From Clostridiales bacterium (lineage in GTDB: Bacteria; Bacillota; Clostridia; Christensenellales; Borkfalkiaceae), in contig DPGH01000012.1 in the NCBI GenBank assembly GCA_003523255.1, positions 118,759-182,758 of the forward strand: DNA of 64,000 nucleotides, read 5' to 3'. Below are positions 19,879 to 29,548 of the stretch, in pieces. The notes beneath the pieces are model-generated. The model ran no database searches and was not told the DNA's origin. It worked only from the letters and a program-made list of their open reading frames with translations. A program made the position numbers and the translations under genes. Within the stretch, counting starts at the first letter, position 1, and every line of letters starts with the position of its first letter.

Positions 19879-20826
19879 ATGGATGATAAAAAAACTGCGT
19901 CCCGCGGGCGCGCTTTAAGTAACTTTTTTATAATTTTGCTCGGAACGATTATTTTGCTTTACGCGATATCGGTTATTCTTCCGCTTGTGTGGGGGCTTAT
20001 AACTTCGCTTAAATCGAATATGGACTTTCAGTACCAAAACAATAAACTTTGGTTTCCGAATGCAGAGTTCAGCGCGGCTGAAATAAAACTCGCCAACTAC
20101 TCGCTTATACTTAATAACTTTAACTTTTCCGAAACGGTAATGTTTTATTCGGGCAGCACTCTCGTAACGCATAAAGCGCAGGCAACGCTACCTTTACTTA
20201 TACTGAACACGTTTTTATACGCGGGGGTGGGTTGCCTTATACTCGCGATGGTACCCGCGGTTTGCGCATACGCCTGCACGAAATACAAGTTTAAGTTTAA
20301 CAAAGTAATTTTTATGCTTAACCTTGTCGTGATGACGTTGCCTATCGTAGGTTCTTACGCGACATCGCTTACGCTTTTGAGAAACTTGGGGTTATACGAT
20401 AACTTCTACGGTAACTATATACAAAAGTTTTCTTTTACCGGTATGTATTTCCTCGTGTTCGGCGCCTTTTACGAAACCTTTCCCGACGCGTATTTAGAGG
20501 CGGCGGAGATAGACGGCGCTTCGCATTACCGCGTGCTTTTCAATATAGTCATTCCGCTTTCGGCAAAAATGCTGGGCACGGTTGCGCTTATTCAGTTCGT
20601 TTCGCTCTGGAACGACTATCAAACGCCGCTTATGTATTTGCCCACGCATCCTACGCTTGCTTACGGCGTGTACTATATGGCTTTTAAAAACACTAACGGC
20701 GTGCTTTCCAAAACGCCGATAAAAATCGCGAGTTGTATGATACTCGCAGTGCCGATTTTAATTTTGTTCATCGTGTTTAAAGACAAACTCATGGGCAACA
20801 TTTCTGTCGGCGGAATTAAAGAATAA
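19879..20826 (+). CDS. Carbohydrate ABC transporter permease (LplC-like, MalG/UgpE class)
   Basis: EAA loop EAAEIDGASHYRVLFNIVIPL. 6 TM segments. Confidence 0.8.
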   Translation: MDDKKTASRGRALSNFFIILLGTIILLYAISVILPLVWGLITSLKSNMDFQYQNNKLWFPNAEFSAAEIKLANYSLILNNFNFSETVMFYSGSTLVTHKAQATLPLLILNTFLYAGVGCLILAMVPAVCAYACTKYKFKFNKVIFMLNLVVMTLPIVGSYATSLTLLRNLGLYDNFYGNYIQKFSFTGMYFLVFGAFYETFPDAYLEAAEIDGASHYRVLFNIVIPLSAKMLGTVALIQFVSLWNDYQTPLMYLPTHPTLAYGVYYMAFKNTNGVLSKTPIKIASCMILAVPILILFIVFKDKLMGNISVGGIKE

Positions 20827-20841
20827 ACCAAAAGGAGATGA

Positions 20842-23800
20842 ATGATGAAGGCAATAAAAAACAAATTGTTTGTTCTGGCGCTTTTGTGCGCGGCGGTATG
20901 TTTGCTTTCCGCGGGGTTTTTAACGATTAAACCCGTTTCCGCTTACGTCAGCGGCGAGTTTACCGAAACCGCGGTTAAAGACGAATACGTTGTGGGCGAT
21001 ACGTTTTCACTTAAAAACGCTAAAATCGAGTACGACTCCAAAGAGTACTCCGTAACGAGCGCGTCTATGCGTTATCCCGACGGCAGAGTTTTTGAAAAAT
21101 CCGAGTACGTTTTCGAGGACGCGGGTAAATACGTTTTAACCGCTTACGCAAAAACCGACGCGAACGAAACCGTGCGTACCGAAAAAGGAATAAGCGTTTT
21201 GTCGAGCGCGTACAGCGTTTCTGGCGAGGGTTCGCAAATCGAATATAAAGACGTTTTACCGATGAGCGCGGCGGAATATGCGGGATTGTATATAAAAGTC
21301 GCCGACGGAGAAACGTTTACCTATCACGAGGCAATCGATTTAACCGCGAACGGGGGAGTAAACACTTTTCTTTCGCTGTATCACTATAACTTTAATACTC
21401 GTCTCGAAGGGGCAGACGGTTCTTTAAGACAGGTAAACAATATAGTAATTCGCTTAACCGACTGCTACGACGAAAAGAATTATATCGAATACACCATGTA
21501 CTGGGGTCCTTCGATGATGTATTACAGGGCGGGCGCTTCTAACCAAAAGAGCACCGGCTTATATCAGAACTCCGCTACGGGCAATTACGTAACGATATAC
21601 GTTGACGGCGTTGCTTACCGCGTGTTCTATTCGGACTGGGGCACTCACTCCAACATGCGCGGGCACAATGCCGAAAACAGACAAGTTCCGTACGAATTTT
21701 CGTTCGACTACAACACCAAACGCTGCTATATCAAAGACTGCTATGCAAACTGGCTTGTAACCGACCTCGACAATACGGACATTCAGGCGGAAACGTTTAA
21801 CGGTTTTACCACGGGTGAAGTTTATCTTTCCATAAGGGGCGTAGATTATCAGCAGGCTCCGTACTTTGAAATAAACGTCTCCGAATTAAACGGCAAAACA
21901 GGCAAATCTCTCGATATGTCTTGCATCCGGGACAACGTTCCGCCGGAACTCGTTATAGACGTGCCGGAAGTCGACCCGATAAAAATCGCGAAGGGTGAAA
22001 AGTTCAAAACTTTCGACGCGACTGGTTACGATTTTAATCTGCTCGGCGACGTGTCCGTAAAAGTTTTTTACAATTACGGCACCAAATATCAGGTAAACGT
22101 ACCGACGGAAAACGGGTATTTTACGCCCGATAAAATCGGCGAATACACTTTTGTGTACACCGCAACGGACAAATACGGCAATAAAACCGAAAAGACGGTA
22201 AAAGTTTATTCCGTCGCGACCGAAAACGGCAAAACCATAGATTTTACCGTCGACAGGCTTACCGAACTTAAAACCGGTAAAGAGTGCGTTCTCCCCGAAT
22301 ATTCGGTACGCGGCATAAACGGCGGCGTTTCGGTAGAAACGTTTTACTCTTTCGGCGGAAAAGAAACAAAAATAATCGGCAACGCGTTTACTCCTACGGC
22401 TTTCGGCGAGTACGAGATAATCTACAGATATTTCGACGCGGTGTCTTATTACGAATATTCTTATAAAGTAAACAGCGTTTCTTCTGACGCGATAAGCCGT
22501 AAAACCGACGCGTTTTTACCCGAATACTTTATTAAAAACGCCGAATATTCTCTCGATAAACTTTTGGTAAACTCTTTCGATACGGGTAAGGTTTTAGACC
22601 ACGAAACGGAAATTTACGTAAGCGAGGACGGCGGAGAGTACAAAAAAATCTCTTACCAAAAATATAAGGTAAACGCCGAAAACAGTTTGAAGTTTAAGTA
22701 CGTTTACAAAGACTGGCAGTACGAAACGGGTGAAAAGAAAGTCGTAAACGTAGGTTTCGGCAGTTCGCTCGACTTAACCAAGTACTTTGTCGGCGGAGAA
22801 GCATCCGCAAACTTTAACAGCGCGACGCTTATCGCAAACGAAGAGGGTACTACTAAAATCGATTTTATAAATCCGATTTTAACGACGAATTTCAATATAG
22901 ACTTTTCCGTCCCGCAGGACGGCGCGGCTTACGAAGAACTTACGATAAGACTCATAAATTACTACAATTATCGCGAAGTGCTTGATATAAACTACAAAAA
23001 CATAAACGGCAAGGGCTATTTGGGTATTAACGACGGCGAGTATAAAACGCTTTTGAATACCGACTTTGCGGGAGTGCAGAGAACGCTTGCATATAATCAG
23101 AAATCCAACGAGTTCTCGACTTCCGGCGTAAATGTCGTTAGTCCGGTTAAGTTATCGTCGGAAAAGGTTTTCGTTTCGTTTATCGTTAAAAACGCAAGCG
23201 GCGTAGCCGGCGTAAAACTCAACGCGATAAACAATCAGGTGTTCTCTACGGTTAAAAACGACTTTATTTTGCCCGAATTTTCAGTAGGCGGCACCAACGG
23301 CATCTTCTCCAAAGGAGATTTGGTAACGATAGAGCCTATCGCGGTTTGCGACATGCTTTCGCCCGTTCTTGACGAAAACACGCTTTTAACGATAAAAGAC
23401 CCGAGCGGCAACGCGGTTACGGACGTTAACGGCGTAAAACTTACCGACGTTCCCGCGCAACTTAACTCTTACACGTTTGCGGCAAACGAGTTCGGAACTT
23501 ATATCTACACTTATACGGTAGAGGACGAAAGCGGTAACGTTGCGTATAGCAAAGACCTTGAAATAAAGGTTGCAGATACCGTTAAACCGCAAATTACGAT
23601 AAGCGGCATAAGTAACGGAGATAAATTAACCGCAAAATACGGCACCGTATACAAACTCCCCGATTGTACCGTTAGCGATAACAACACGGCGGTTTCGGAT
23701 ATTGTGGTAATAAAGGCGGTATTTACCCCCTCTAACGAGGTTATTACCGCGGGTGATACCGTGTATCTCGACAGGTGCGGTGTTTATACGATCGTATATT

Positions 23801-23868
23801 ACTGTTACGACGACGGCGGAAATTACGCTTCCGTTTCTTATACCTTACAAGTAGACAGAGGTGAATAA
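20842..23868 (+). CDS. Large secreted surface protein (1008 aa): N-terminal beta-sandwich (ConA-like?) region followed by several Ig-like (DUF5011-type) domains
   Basis: Signal peptide MMKAIKNKLFVLALLCAAVCLLSAG. Repeated Ig-like segments of the pattern P.I..G.....YG..Y.LP.......D.....V......G.YTIVY...D..GN (e.g. PQITISGISNGDKLTAKYGTVYKLPDCTVSDNNT...GVYTIVYYCYDDGGNYASVSYTLQV). No catalytic motif recognised. Confidence 0.6.
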   Translation: MMKAIKNKLFVLALLCAAVCLLSAGFLTIKPVSAYVSGEFTETAVKDEYVVGDTFSLKNAKIEYDSKEYSVTSASMRYPDGRVFEKSEYVFEDAGKYVLTAYAKTDANETVRTEKGISVLSSAYSVSGEGSQIEYKDVLPMSAAEYAGLYIKVADGETFTYHEAIDLTANGGVNTFLSLYHYNFNTRLEGADGSLRQVNNIVIRLTDCYDEKNYIEYTMYWGPSMMYYRAGASNQKSTGLYQNSATGNYVTIYVDGVAYRVFYSDWGTHSNMRGHNAENRQVPYEFSFDYNTKRCYIKDCYANWLVTDLDNTDIQAETFNGFTTGEVYLSIRGVDYQQAPYFEINVSELNGKTGKSLDMSCIRDNVPPELVIDVPEVDPIKIAKGEKFKTFDATGYDFNLLGDVSVKVFYNYGTKYQVNVPTENGYFTPDKIGEYTFVYTATDKYGNKTEKTVKVYSVATENGKTIDFTVDRLTELKTGKECVLPEYSVRGINGGVSVETFYSFGGKETKIIGNAFTPTAFGEYEIIYRYFDAVSYYEYSYKVNSVSSDAISRKTDAFLPEYFIKNAEYSLDKLLVNSFDTGKVLDHETEIYVSEDGGEYKKISYQKYKVNAENSLKFKYVYKDWQYETGEKKVVNVGFGSSLDLTKYFVGGEASANFNSATLIANEEGTTKIDFINPILTTNFNIDFSVPQDGAAYEELTIRLINYYNYREVLDINYKNINGKGYLGINDGEYKTLLNTDFAGVQRTLAYNQKSNEFSTSGVNVVSPVKLSSEKVFVSFIVKNASGVAGVKLNAINNQVFSTVKNDFILPEFSVGGTNGIFSKGDLVTIEPIAVCDMLSPVLDENTLLTIKDPSGNAVTDVNGVKLTDVPAQLNSYTFAANEFGTYIYTYTVEDESGNVAYSKDLEIKVADTVKPQITISGISNGDKLTAKYGTVYKLPDCTVSDNNTAVSDIVVIKAVFTPSNEVITAGDTVYLDRCGVYTIVYYCYDDGGNYASVSYTLQVDRGE

Positions 23869-25885
23869 CATGAAAAAAAGAATAATTGCGATTGCGCTGC
23901 TTATAGTTTGCTTGTTCGTTACGGGCTGTAATAAAGACGGCGACCTTCCTCACACGCCCGAAAGGCGTAACGACAAGGTTACTTACGAAGGCTCGCACAA
24001 CATGAGTTACGAATTTCTCGAAGACGATTTTATCAGCGACGGGCACAGCGATTACGTTTTGGTTTACTCCGCAAACGCTAAAAGTTACGACCTGACGGCT
24101 GTAAAAGAGTTCAATTCTATTTTTGAAAAAGCCACCGGTTTTACTCTTAACACGACGACGGACAGCGGGCTTTCTCATACGGCGGGCGGCAAATATATTT
24201 CTATCGGAAAAACCGCTTTGTTTGAAAGTTCGGGTTTAACCGTTAATTTCGACGAACTCGGCAACGAAGGCGTAAGAATACTTACCAAAGACAAAACGGT
24301 GTATATACTCGGCGGTAAAACTAACGGCGTTATATTCGGCGTTTACGATTTTATGAGCATAGCGTTTAATTACGAAACGTTTTATGAAGATTGCATTCAG
24401 ATAAACGAAGGCGTTAATAACCTTAAACTTATAAATTTCAACGTTACCGATATTCCGGATATCGCTTTGCGTGCGCGTAACTATTCCGTATATTCGAGAA
24501 AAAGCGAAGATTACGATATGAATATGTTCAAAACGCGTATGAGAATGACGAGCAACAGAGAACTTTTGCCGATACACAAAACGTATAGCCAGAGTTCGCC
24601 TTCAAGCATCTCGGACTCACATAACTCGACGTTCTTTCTCCCGAGAGAAGTTTATTATGCCGACCATCAGAAATGGTTTAGCGACAACGGCGACCAACTT
24701 TGCTACACCGCGCACGGCGACGCCGAAGAGTTCGAGGCGATGGCTTCAGAATGCGCTAAAAAGGTTGAATACAGCCTTACCTTGTACACTCCGGACGAGC
24801 ACCCCGAGTACGACGTGGTTGCGCTTAATATAATGGATAACCGCGCTATTTGCTCCTGCAAGGCGTGCGCGGCGTCGTTCAAAACGTACGATAACTGCAA
24901 CTCGGCGGCGGCTATAAAACTTATCAACAGAATGGCAGAACTTGTTGACGAGTGGATGGAAAAGCCCGAAAACGCGGCTTACAAAAGAGAAATGCACTAT
25001 ATATTCTTCGCATATCTCGATTTAGAACCGTGTCCCGCGCGCTATAACGAAGAAACCAAAAAGTACGAACCTATCGACGAAACGGTAAAAATGCGCGATA
25101 ACGTGGGCGTGTACCTTGCGCTTCTCGACCAACTCGATTATCAGGCGAGCATATACGACGCGGTAAACGACGACGGCAGAAAGATTATAGACGCATGGGG
25201 CGATATGACCGACTACGTATGGTACTGGCTGTACGAGATAAATTTCAGAAACGCCAACTATTTTTACGATTCGTTCAACTTTTTCGGAGAAGCGTATTCC
25301 TATATTTGCAATAAAGGCGCCACGCTTTTATACACGCAGGGTAAGTCTTACGAAATCGCTTGCGACACGGTATACGACAAGTTAAAACTTTACCTTAACT
25401 CCAAACTTTCGTGGGACAGTTCGCTCGACGTATCGGTTCTTACCGACAACTGGTTTAACGCGATGTTTAAAGAAGCCGCTCCCGCGATGAAACGGATATT
25501 CCTCGATACGCGTGCGTACAATGCTAAAATGATTCGCGATAACGGGTTTATCCATAAGCGTACTAATTATAACGAAGTAAACAACGCTAAATACTGGTCG
25601 CTTAACTATCTTAAACAGCAAATGGCTGCGTATGACGAGGCAAAACAAATTATCGCTACCGTATATGCGGAAGATTCCGTAACCAAAACGCGTATTTCGA
25701 GATATATCGAAGCGGAATGGTTTTCGCCGGCGTTTATAACTGCCCAGCTTTATGCCGTCAACCTTTCTACGGCGGAAAAGAGCGAACTCTACGCAAGAGT
25801 TTCCGCCGCGGTAGAAGATTTAGGCATCACCCGTACGGGAGAGTCCTCGGGAACGAGCGTTATGGACGTATTGAATAACATGTAA
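23861..25885 (+). CDS. Lipoprotein, DUF4838/GH20b-N-terminal-like putative glycoside hydrolase (674 aa)
   Basis: Lipobox LFVTGC|N. N-terminal region (YVLVYSANAKSYDLTAVKEFNSIFEKATGF...VYILGGKTNGVIFGVYDF) resembles the beta-hexosaminidase/GH67-type N-terminal domain seen in DUF4838 proteins. The family name is given from memory and is not verified. Confidence 0.4.
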   Translation: MNNMKKRIIAIALLIVCLFVTGCNKDGDLPHTPERRNDKVTYEGSHNMSYEFLEDDFISDGHSDYVLVYSANAKSYDLTAVKEFNSIFEKATGFTLNTTTDSGLSHTAGGKYISIGKTALFESSGLTVNFDELGNEGVRILTKDKTVYILGGKTNGVIFGVYDFMSIAFNYETFYEDCIQINEGVNNLKLINFNVTDIPDIALRARNYSVYSRKSEDYDMNMFKTRMRMTSNRELLPIHKTYSQSSPSSISDSHNSTFFLPREVYYADHQKWFSDNGDQLCYTAHGDAEEFEAMASECAKKVEYSLTLYTPDEHPEYDVVALNIMDNRAICSCKACAASFKTYDNCNSAAAIKLINRMAELVDEWMEKPENAAYKREMHYIFFAYLDLEPCPARYNEETKKYEPIDETVKMRDNVGVYLALLDQLDYQASIYDAVNDDGRKIIDAWGDMTDYVWYWLYEINFRNANYFYDSFNFFGEAYSYICNKGATLLYTQGKSYEIACDTVYDKLKLYLNSKLSWDSSLDVSVLTDNWFNAMFKEAAPAMKRIFLDTRAYNAKMIRDNGFIHKRTNYNEVNNAKYWSLNYLKQQMAAYDEAKQIIATVYAEDSVTKTRISRYIEAEWFSPAFITAQLYAVNLSTAEKSELYARVSAAVEDLGITRTGESSGTSVMDVLNNM

Positions 25886-25891
25886 AAAAAC

Positions 25892-25912
25892 GGGGTCGTA
25901 AAGGGCGACCCC
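25892..25912 (+). other. Short GC hairpin (GGGGTCG...CGACCCC) immediately before the RBS of the 25925 gene, no U-run
   Basis: Read directly. Possible intra-operon attenuator or stabiliser. Confidence 0.35.
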
Positions 25913-25924
25913 TAAGGAGGAAGT

Positions 25925-28900
25925 ATGAAGAAAAAATTAACAGTATTACTACTATCGTTATGCGCGTTGCTTTGCGTTTTCGGCGCGGCGGCGTGTAACG
26001 ACAATCCCGATACTCCGCCGGAACCGAGCGTTACCGAGAGTTTGACTCTTAACAGCGCGCGGTGCGAATTGCTCGTCGGCGACGAATTTAAACTCGTTGC
26101 AACGTATACGGGCAACGCGCAGGGCGAAGTAAGTTTCGTTTCCGATAACGCCGCCGTCGTGGAAGTGGCGAATGACGGAACGATAACCGCCGTAGCGGAG
26201 GGTGAAGCCAACGTTACCGCAAGCAAAGGCGAAAAATCCGCAAAATGCGCGGTTACCGTTTCTTTCGGTAGCGAAACGCCTTTGTTAAAGTTTGACGAAA
26301 GCGAATTGTCTTTAACGAGAAAAGATTCGCTCGATTTAAATGTTAAAGTACATTTCAACAACAAAACGTTTACTCCTACCGACGTCGAATATTCTGTAGA
26401 AGACGAAGAAATCGGTAAAGTCGAAAACGGAAAGTTTGTTCCCGAAAAACTCGGTTTTACTAAAATAACCGCAACGGGTAAGTGGGGCGGCAAAACTCTT
26501 ACGAGCGAAAGCATGACAGTAACCGTTACGCGTGATCTCAGACTTTATTTTAACGACGGCGGCGAGGATAAAGTAGAACTTTATTCTAAGGCGTCTTATA
26601 GGGGTCTGTCTTTCGTAACCGAGCAAGATTTTATCGTGCGCGCATTCGAGGACGGCGAAGCGCTTACCGGCAGGGGCGCAAGCGTTATCGAGGGAGATGA
26701 CGTTATCTCTTACGAAAACGGCAAAATTAAAGCCTTAAAAAAGGGAACTGCCAAAATAGAAATTTACTGCGTGGATAACGGCGGAGAAAGGTTTACTAAA
26801 ACGGTAGATGTGCTTGTAAAAGTTCCCGTGGCGGAAATTACCGACCCCGTGGAATTAAGCCTTAAAAAAGGAGTTTTCTCGTCCGAAGCGTTAAACGCTA
26901 TGTTTGAAAGCGGCTCGGTAGCCGTTACCGACATATCGTGCGATAACGACGATGTTACCGCTTCGGTTTCCGGCGGCAGAGTTTCTATCGGTGGCGACTT
27001 TGCCTTGGCAACACCCGTTTATTTCACCGTTTATACAGAAGAATACGGTTGCAAAGTTCCGCTCGTTCTTTATTCCGATATTATAACCGAGGCTTCAGAC
27101 TTCTCGTCTTTCGTAATAGCAAGACAAGATGATTATAAAAACGAAGGATATTATATACTCGGTAACGATATAGACGCATCGGGTTACTTGTATAAACATA
27201 CTACTGCCTCGGGCGGTAAACCGTGGATAAGCATGGGCGGCGGAAAGAACGGCTTTAACGGTACGTTTGACGGCAGAGGACACGTCGTAAACAATATGAC
27301 GATAGGTACTTTCGGAATATTCGGATATATAATGCCTAAAGCGACTATTAAAAACGTGGCGTTTACAAACGTTAAGTATCAAGACACTTACGGTAATAAA
27401 GAGATACTCGTAGCTACTCTTGCGACCTGTATCGACTCGTCAGAAAACGTTTATCCTACGTTAGAAAACTTGTATATACAGGCAAGTTCGTTTATCGGCG
27501 GAGAAAATACTATTTGTAACCTCGTAACCAACTCGACCGTCGGATACGAAAAAGTAAAAAATTGTATTTTTGAATTCAGCGGAGTTGATAATATTGCGGG
27601 GCACGGGGTATATTCAAGCCTTGTGTTTAGCAGCAATACCAAGTTAAAAGTAGAAAATTCTTACGTAATATCTACTTCTCCCGTTGCTTCCGGTAAAGGT
27701 TCCAACATAATTGCGGACAGCGAAAACAAACTTGCCGCAACGAAAGAAAAATATCAGGGCTTATATCCGAGTAAAACGGACGATAAATTTATTGCTTATC
27801 CGCTTACCCGTTATAACGACTATGCGGAATTTAAACAAAACGTTTCTAATCTGGCTGCTTTCGATACCGCATACTGGGATATATCTAACGGCGCGCCGAT
27901 ATTCAAAGGCGTGCAAAAAGTATTTAAGCCGTATATAACCGTAGACGGTAATCCAGCAAGCGAATTAGAGTTGATATTAAACGAAGAAAAAGAACTCGGC
28001 GTTACGTCGTTTATAGGTCAAATAGCAAACGTTACTTTTGCCGTTACTTCCGGTAGCGAAAACGTTACTATAGAAAACGGCGTGTTAAAGGGTATTAAAA
28101 CGGGTAAAGCAGTTGTTTCTGCCGTGTTCGCGCTCGGCGGTGAAAACGTTACCCTTACGTTAAACGTAAACGTGGTAAACGAAATTATAACCGTCAACAC
28201 TCCGATAGAATTCAGTATGATGGACGGCACGCTTACTTCTGCAGATAAAACCGCCATATTCGGTAGCGACGCGGTAGAAATTATCGATGTAAAGGCTACC
28301 GATATAACGGCTAACCTCTCGCTTGTAAACGGCAAAATAACGGGCTTCCCCGAATACACCGCGGGTGCCGCGCCTAAAACGTACGAGGTGTTGTTTACTA
28401 CGGCAGACGCTATTTATAAAGTAAACATTACGCCTTATACGAAAATAATAAAAACCGTTTCCGATTTATCGGTATTCAATTTCCAAGGTCATACGGGCTA
28501 CAAGAACGAAGGATATTACGTGTTAGACAACAACATAAACGCGTCCGGGTATCTGCATAAACATACCACGGCATCGGATAATCCGACGTATATAGACTGG
28601 AATACTAACGGCACAACCGGGTTTGAGGGAACGATTGACGGCAGAGGATATACGATAAGCAATATCACGATCGGCACCGGCGGTTTGTTAGGGTATATAA
28701 GACCTAAAACAACGATTAAAAATCTTGCCATAACCGGTATAACGTTCCAAAGAACGTACGGTAGTGATGACCCGCTTACAGCGGCGCTTGTCAAAATAAT
28801 GTATTCGACGAAAGACAGTTATCCTGTACTTGAGAATTTATATATAAAGGCAAACGCGTTTATCGGCGGGGCAGATACAAACAGTAACCTTGTGGTAAAC

Positions 28901-29299
28901 TGCACCTCCGGCTATGAAAAAATAGTGAACTGCATATTCGAGTATTCGGGGGCGAAAGATACCACCGCCGGACACGGCACGTACTCCTCGCAAATAGCGG
29001 GTAGAAACAACACAGGGTTTAAGGTAGAAAATTCTTACGTAATCTCGTTAAACACCGTAGCGTGCGGCGGCAAAACCAACCCCGTTTACGACAGCGCAAA
29101 CAAAATCGAGGCGACGACAGCGGAGTACACGGCGTTGTATCCGGATGGCTCAACGTATCCTAAAAAAGATTTCTATACCGTAGAGCTTACTCGTTACGAC
29201 GACTATGCGGAACTTACCGAAAACGTAACCGATTTCAGTTCGTTCAGCGACGCTTACTGGGATATTACCGCGGGCTATCCCGTGTGGAAAAACGCTTAA
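25925..29299 (+). CDS. Large secreted/lipoprotein multi-domain protein (1124 aa): two Big_2-like domains and two GLUG-like modules; paralog of 14093..17113
   Basis: Signal with lipobox FGAAAC|N. Big_2-like segments (LTLNSARCELLVGDEFKLVATYTGN...VTASKGEKSAKCAVTV). Modules KNEGYYILGNDIDASGYLYKHTT...FNGTFDGRGHVVNNMTIGTFGIFGYI and the C-terminal ~300 aa >90% identical to the C-terminus of the 14093 protein. AGGAGG RBS. Confidence 0.7.
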   Translation: MKKKLTVLLLSLCALLCVFGAAACNDNPDTPPEPSVTESLTLNSARCELLVGDEFKLVATYTGNAQGEVSFVSDNAAVVEVANDGTITAVAEGEANVTASKGEKSAKCAVTVSFGSETPLLKFDESELSLTRKDSLDLNVKVHFNNKTFTPTDVEYSVEDEEIGKVENGKFVPEKLGFTKITATGKWGGKTLTSESMTVTVTRDLRLYFNDGGEDKVELYSKASYRGLSFVTEQDFIVRAFEDGEALTGRGASVIEGDDVISYENGKIKALKKGTAKIEIYCVDNGGERFTKTVDVLVKVPVAEITDPVELSLKKGVFSSEALNAMFESGSVAVTDISCDNDDVTASVSGGRVSIGGDFALATPVYFTVYTEEYGCKVPLVLYSDIITEASDFSSFVIARQDDYKNEGYYILGNDIDASGYLYKHTTASGGKPWISMGGGKNGFNGTFDGRGHVVNNMTIGTFGIFGYIMPKATIKNVAFTNVKYQDTYGNKEILVATLATCIDSSENVYPTLENLYIQASSFIGGENTICNLVTNSTVGYEKVKNCIFEFSGVDNIAGHGVYSSLVFSSNTKLKVENSYVISTSPVASGKGSNIIADSENKLAATKEKYQGLYPSKTDDKFIAYPLTRYNDYAEFKQNVSNLAAFDTAYWDISNGAPIFKGVQKVFKPYITVDGNPASELELILNEEKELGVTSFIGQIANVTFAVTSGSENVTIENGVLKGIKTGKAVVSAVFALGGENVTLTLNVNVVNEIITVNTPIEFSMMDGTLTSADKTAIFGSDAVEIIDVKATDITANLSLVNGKITGFPEYTAGAAPKTYEVLFTTADAIYKVNITPYTKIIKTVSDLSVFNFQGHTGYKNEGYYVLDNNINASGYLHKHTTASDNPTYIDWNTNGTTGFEGTIDGRGYTISNITIGTGGLLGYIRPKTTIKNLAITGITFQRTYGSDDPLTAALVKIMYSTKDSYPVLENLYIKANAFIGGADTNSNLVVNCTSGYEKIVNCIFEYSGAKDTTAGHGTYSSQIAGRNNTGFKVENSYVISLNTVACGGKTNPVYDSANKIEATTAEYTALYPDGSTYPKKDFYTVELTRYDDYAELTENVTDFSSFSDAYWDITAGYPVWKNA

Positions 29300-29354
29300 C
29301 CATTCCGTGCGGCGCATAAAGCGTCCGCATTGTGAAGATCATCAATGCTCTTTT

Positions 29355-29400
29355 AATAACGACGGACGCCGATTAAAAGTCGGTGCCCGTCGTTATTTTA
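29355..29400 (+). terminator. Rho-independent terminator ending the 14093-29299 operon
   Basis: Stem AATAACGACGG / CCGTCGTTATT (11 bp) with a structured loop, followed by TTTT. Confidence 0.6.
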
Positions 29401-29516
29401 AATCAAATTGCATAACAATTAAAAGCGTTAAATCGGTTTATGCGCTGACAGCAAACGGGTATATTTCACTTTATAAAGCATAAAGCAATTACTAAAAACC
29501 GCAAAAAATTACAGTA

Positions 29517-29548
29517 AAAGACCCACGGGTGCACCCCGCGGGTCTTTT
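29517..29548. terminator. Bidirectional terminator hairpin adjacent to the tRNA-Ala 3' end
   Basis: AAAAGACCCACGGG-tgcac-CCCGCGGGTCTTTTT. 9/10-bp stem flanked by an A-run and a T-run. Confidence 0.6.
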
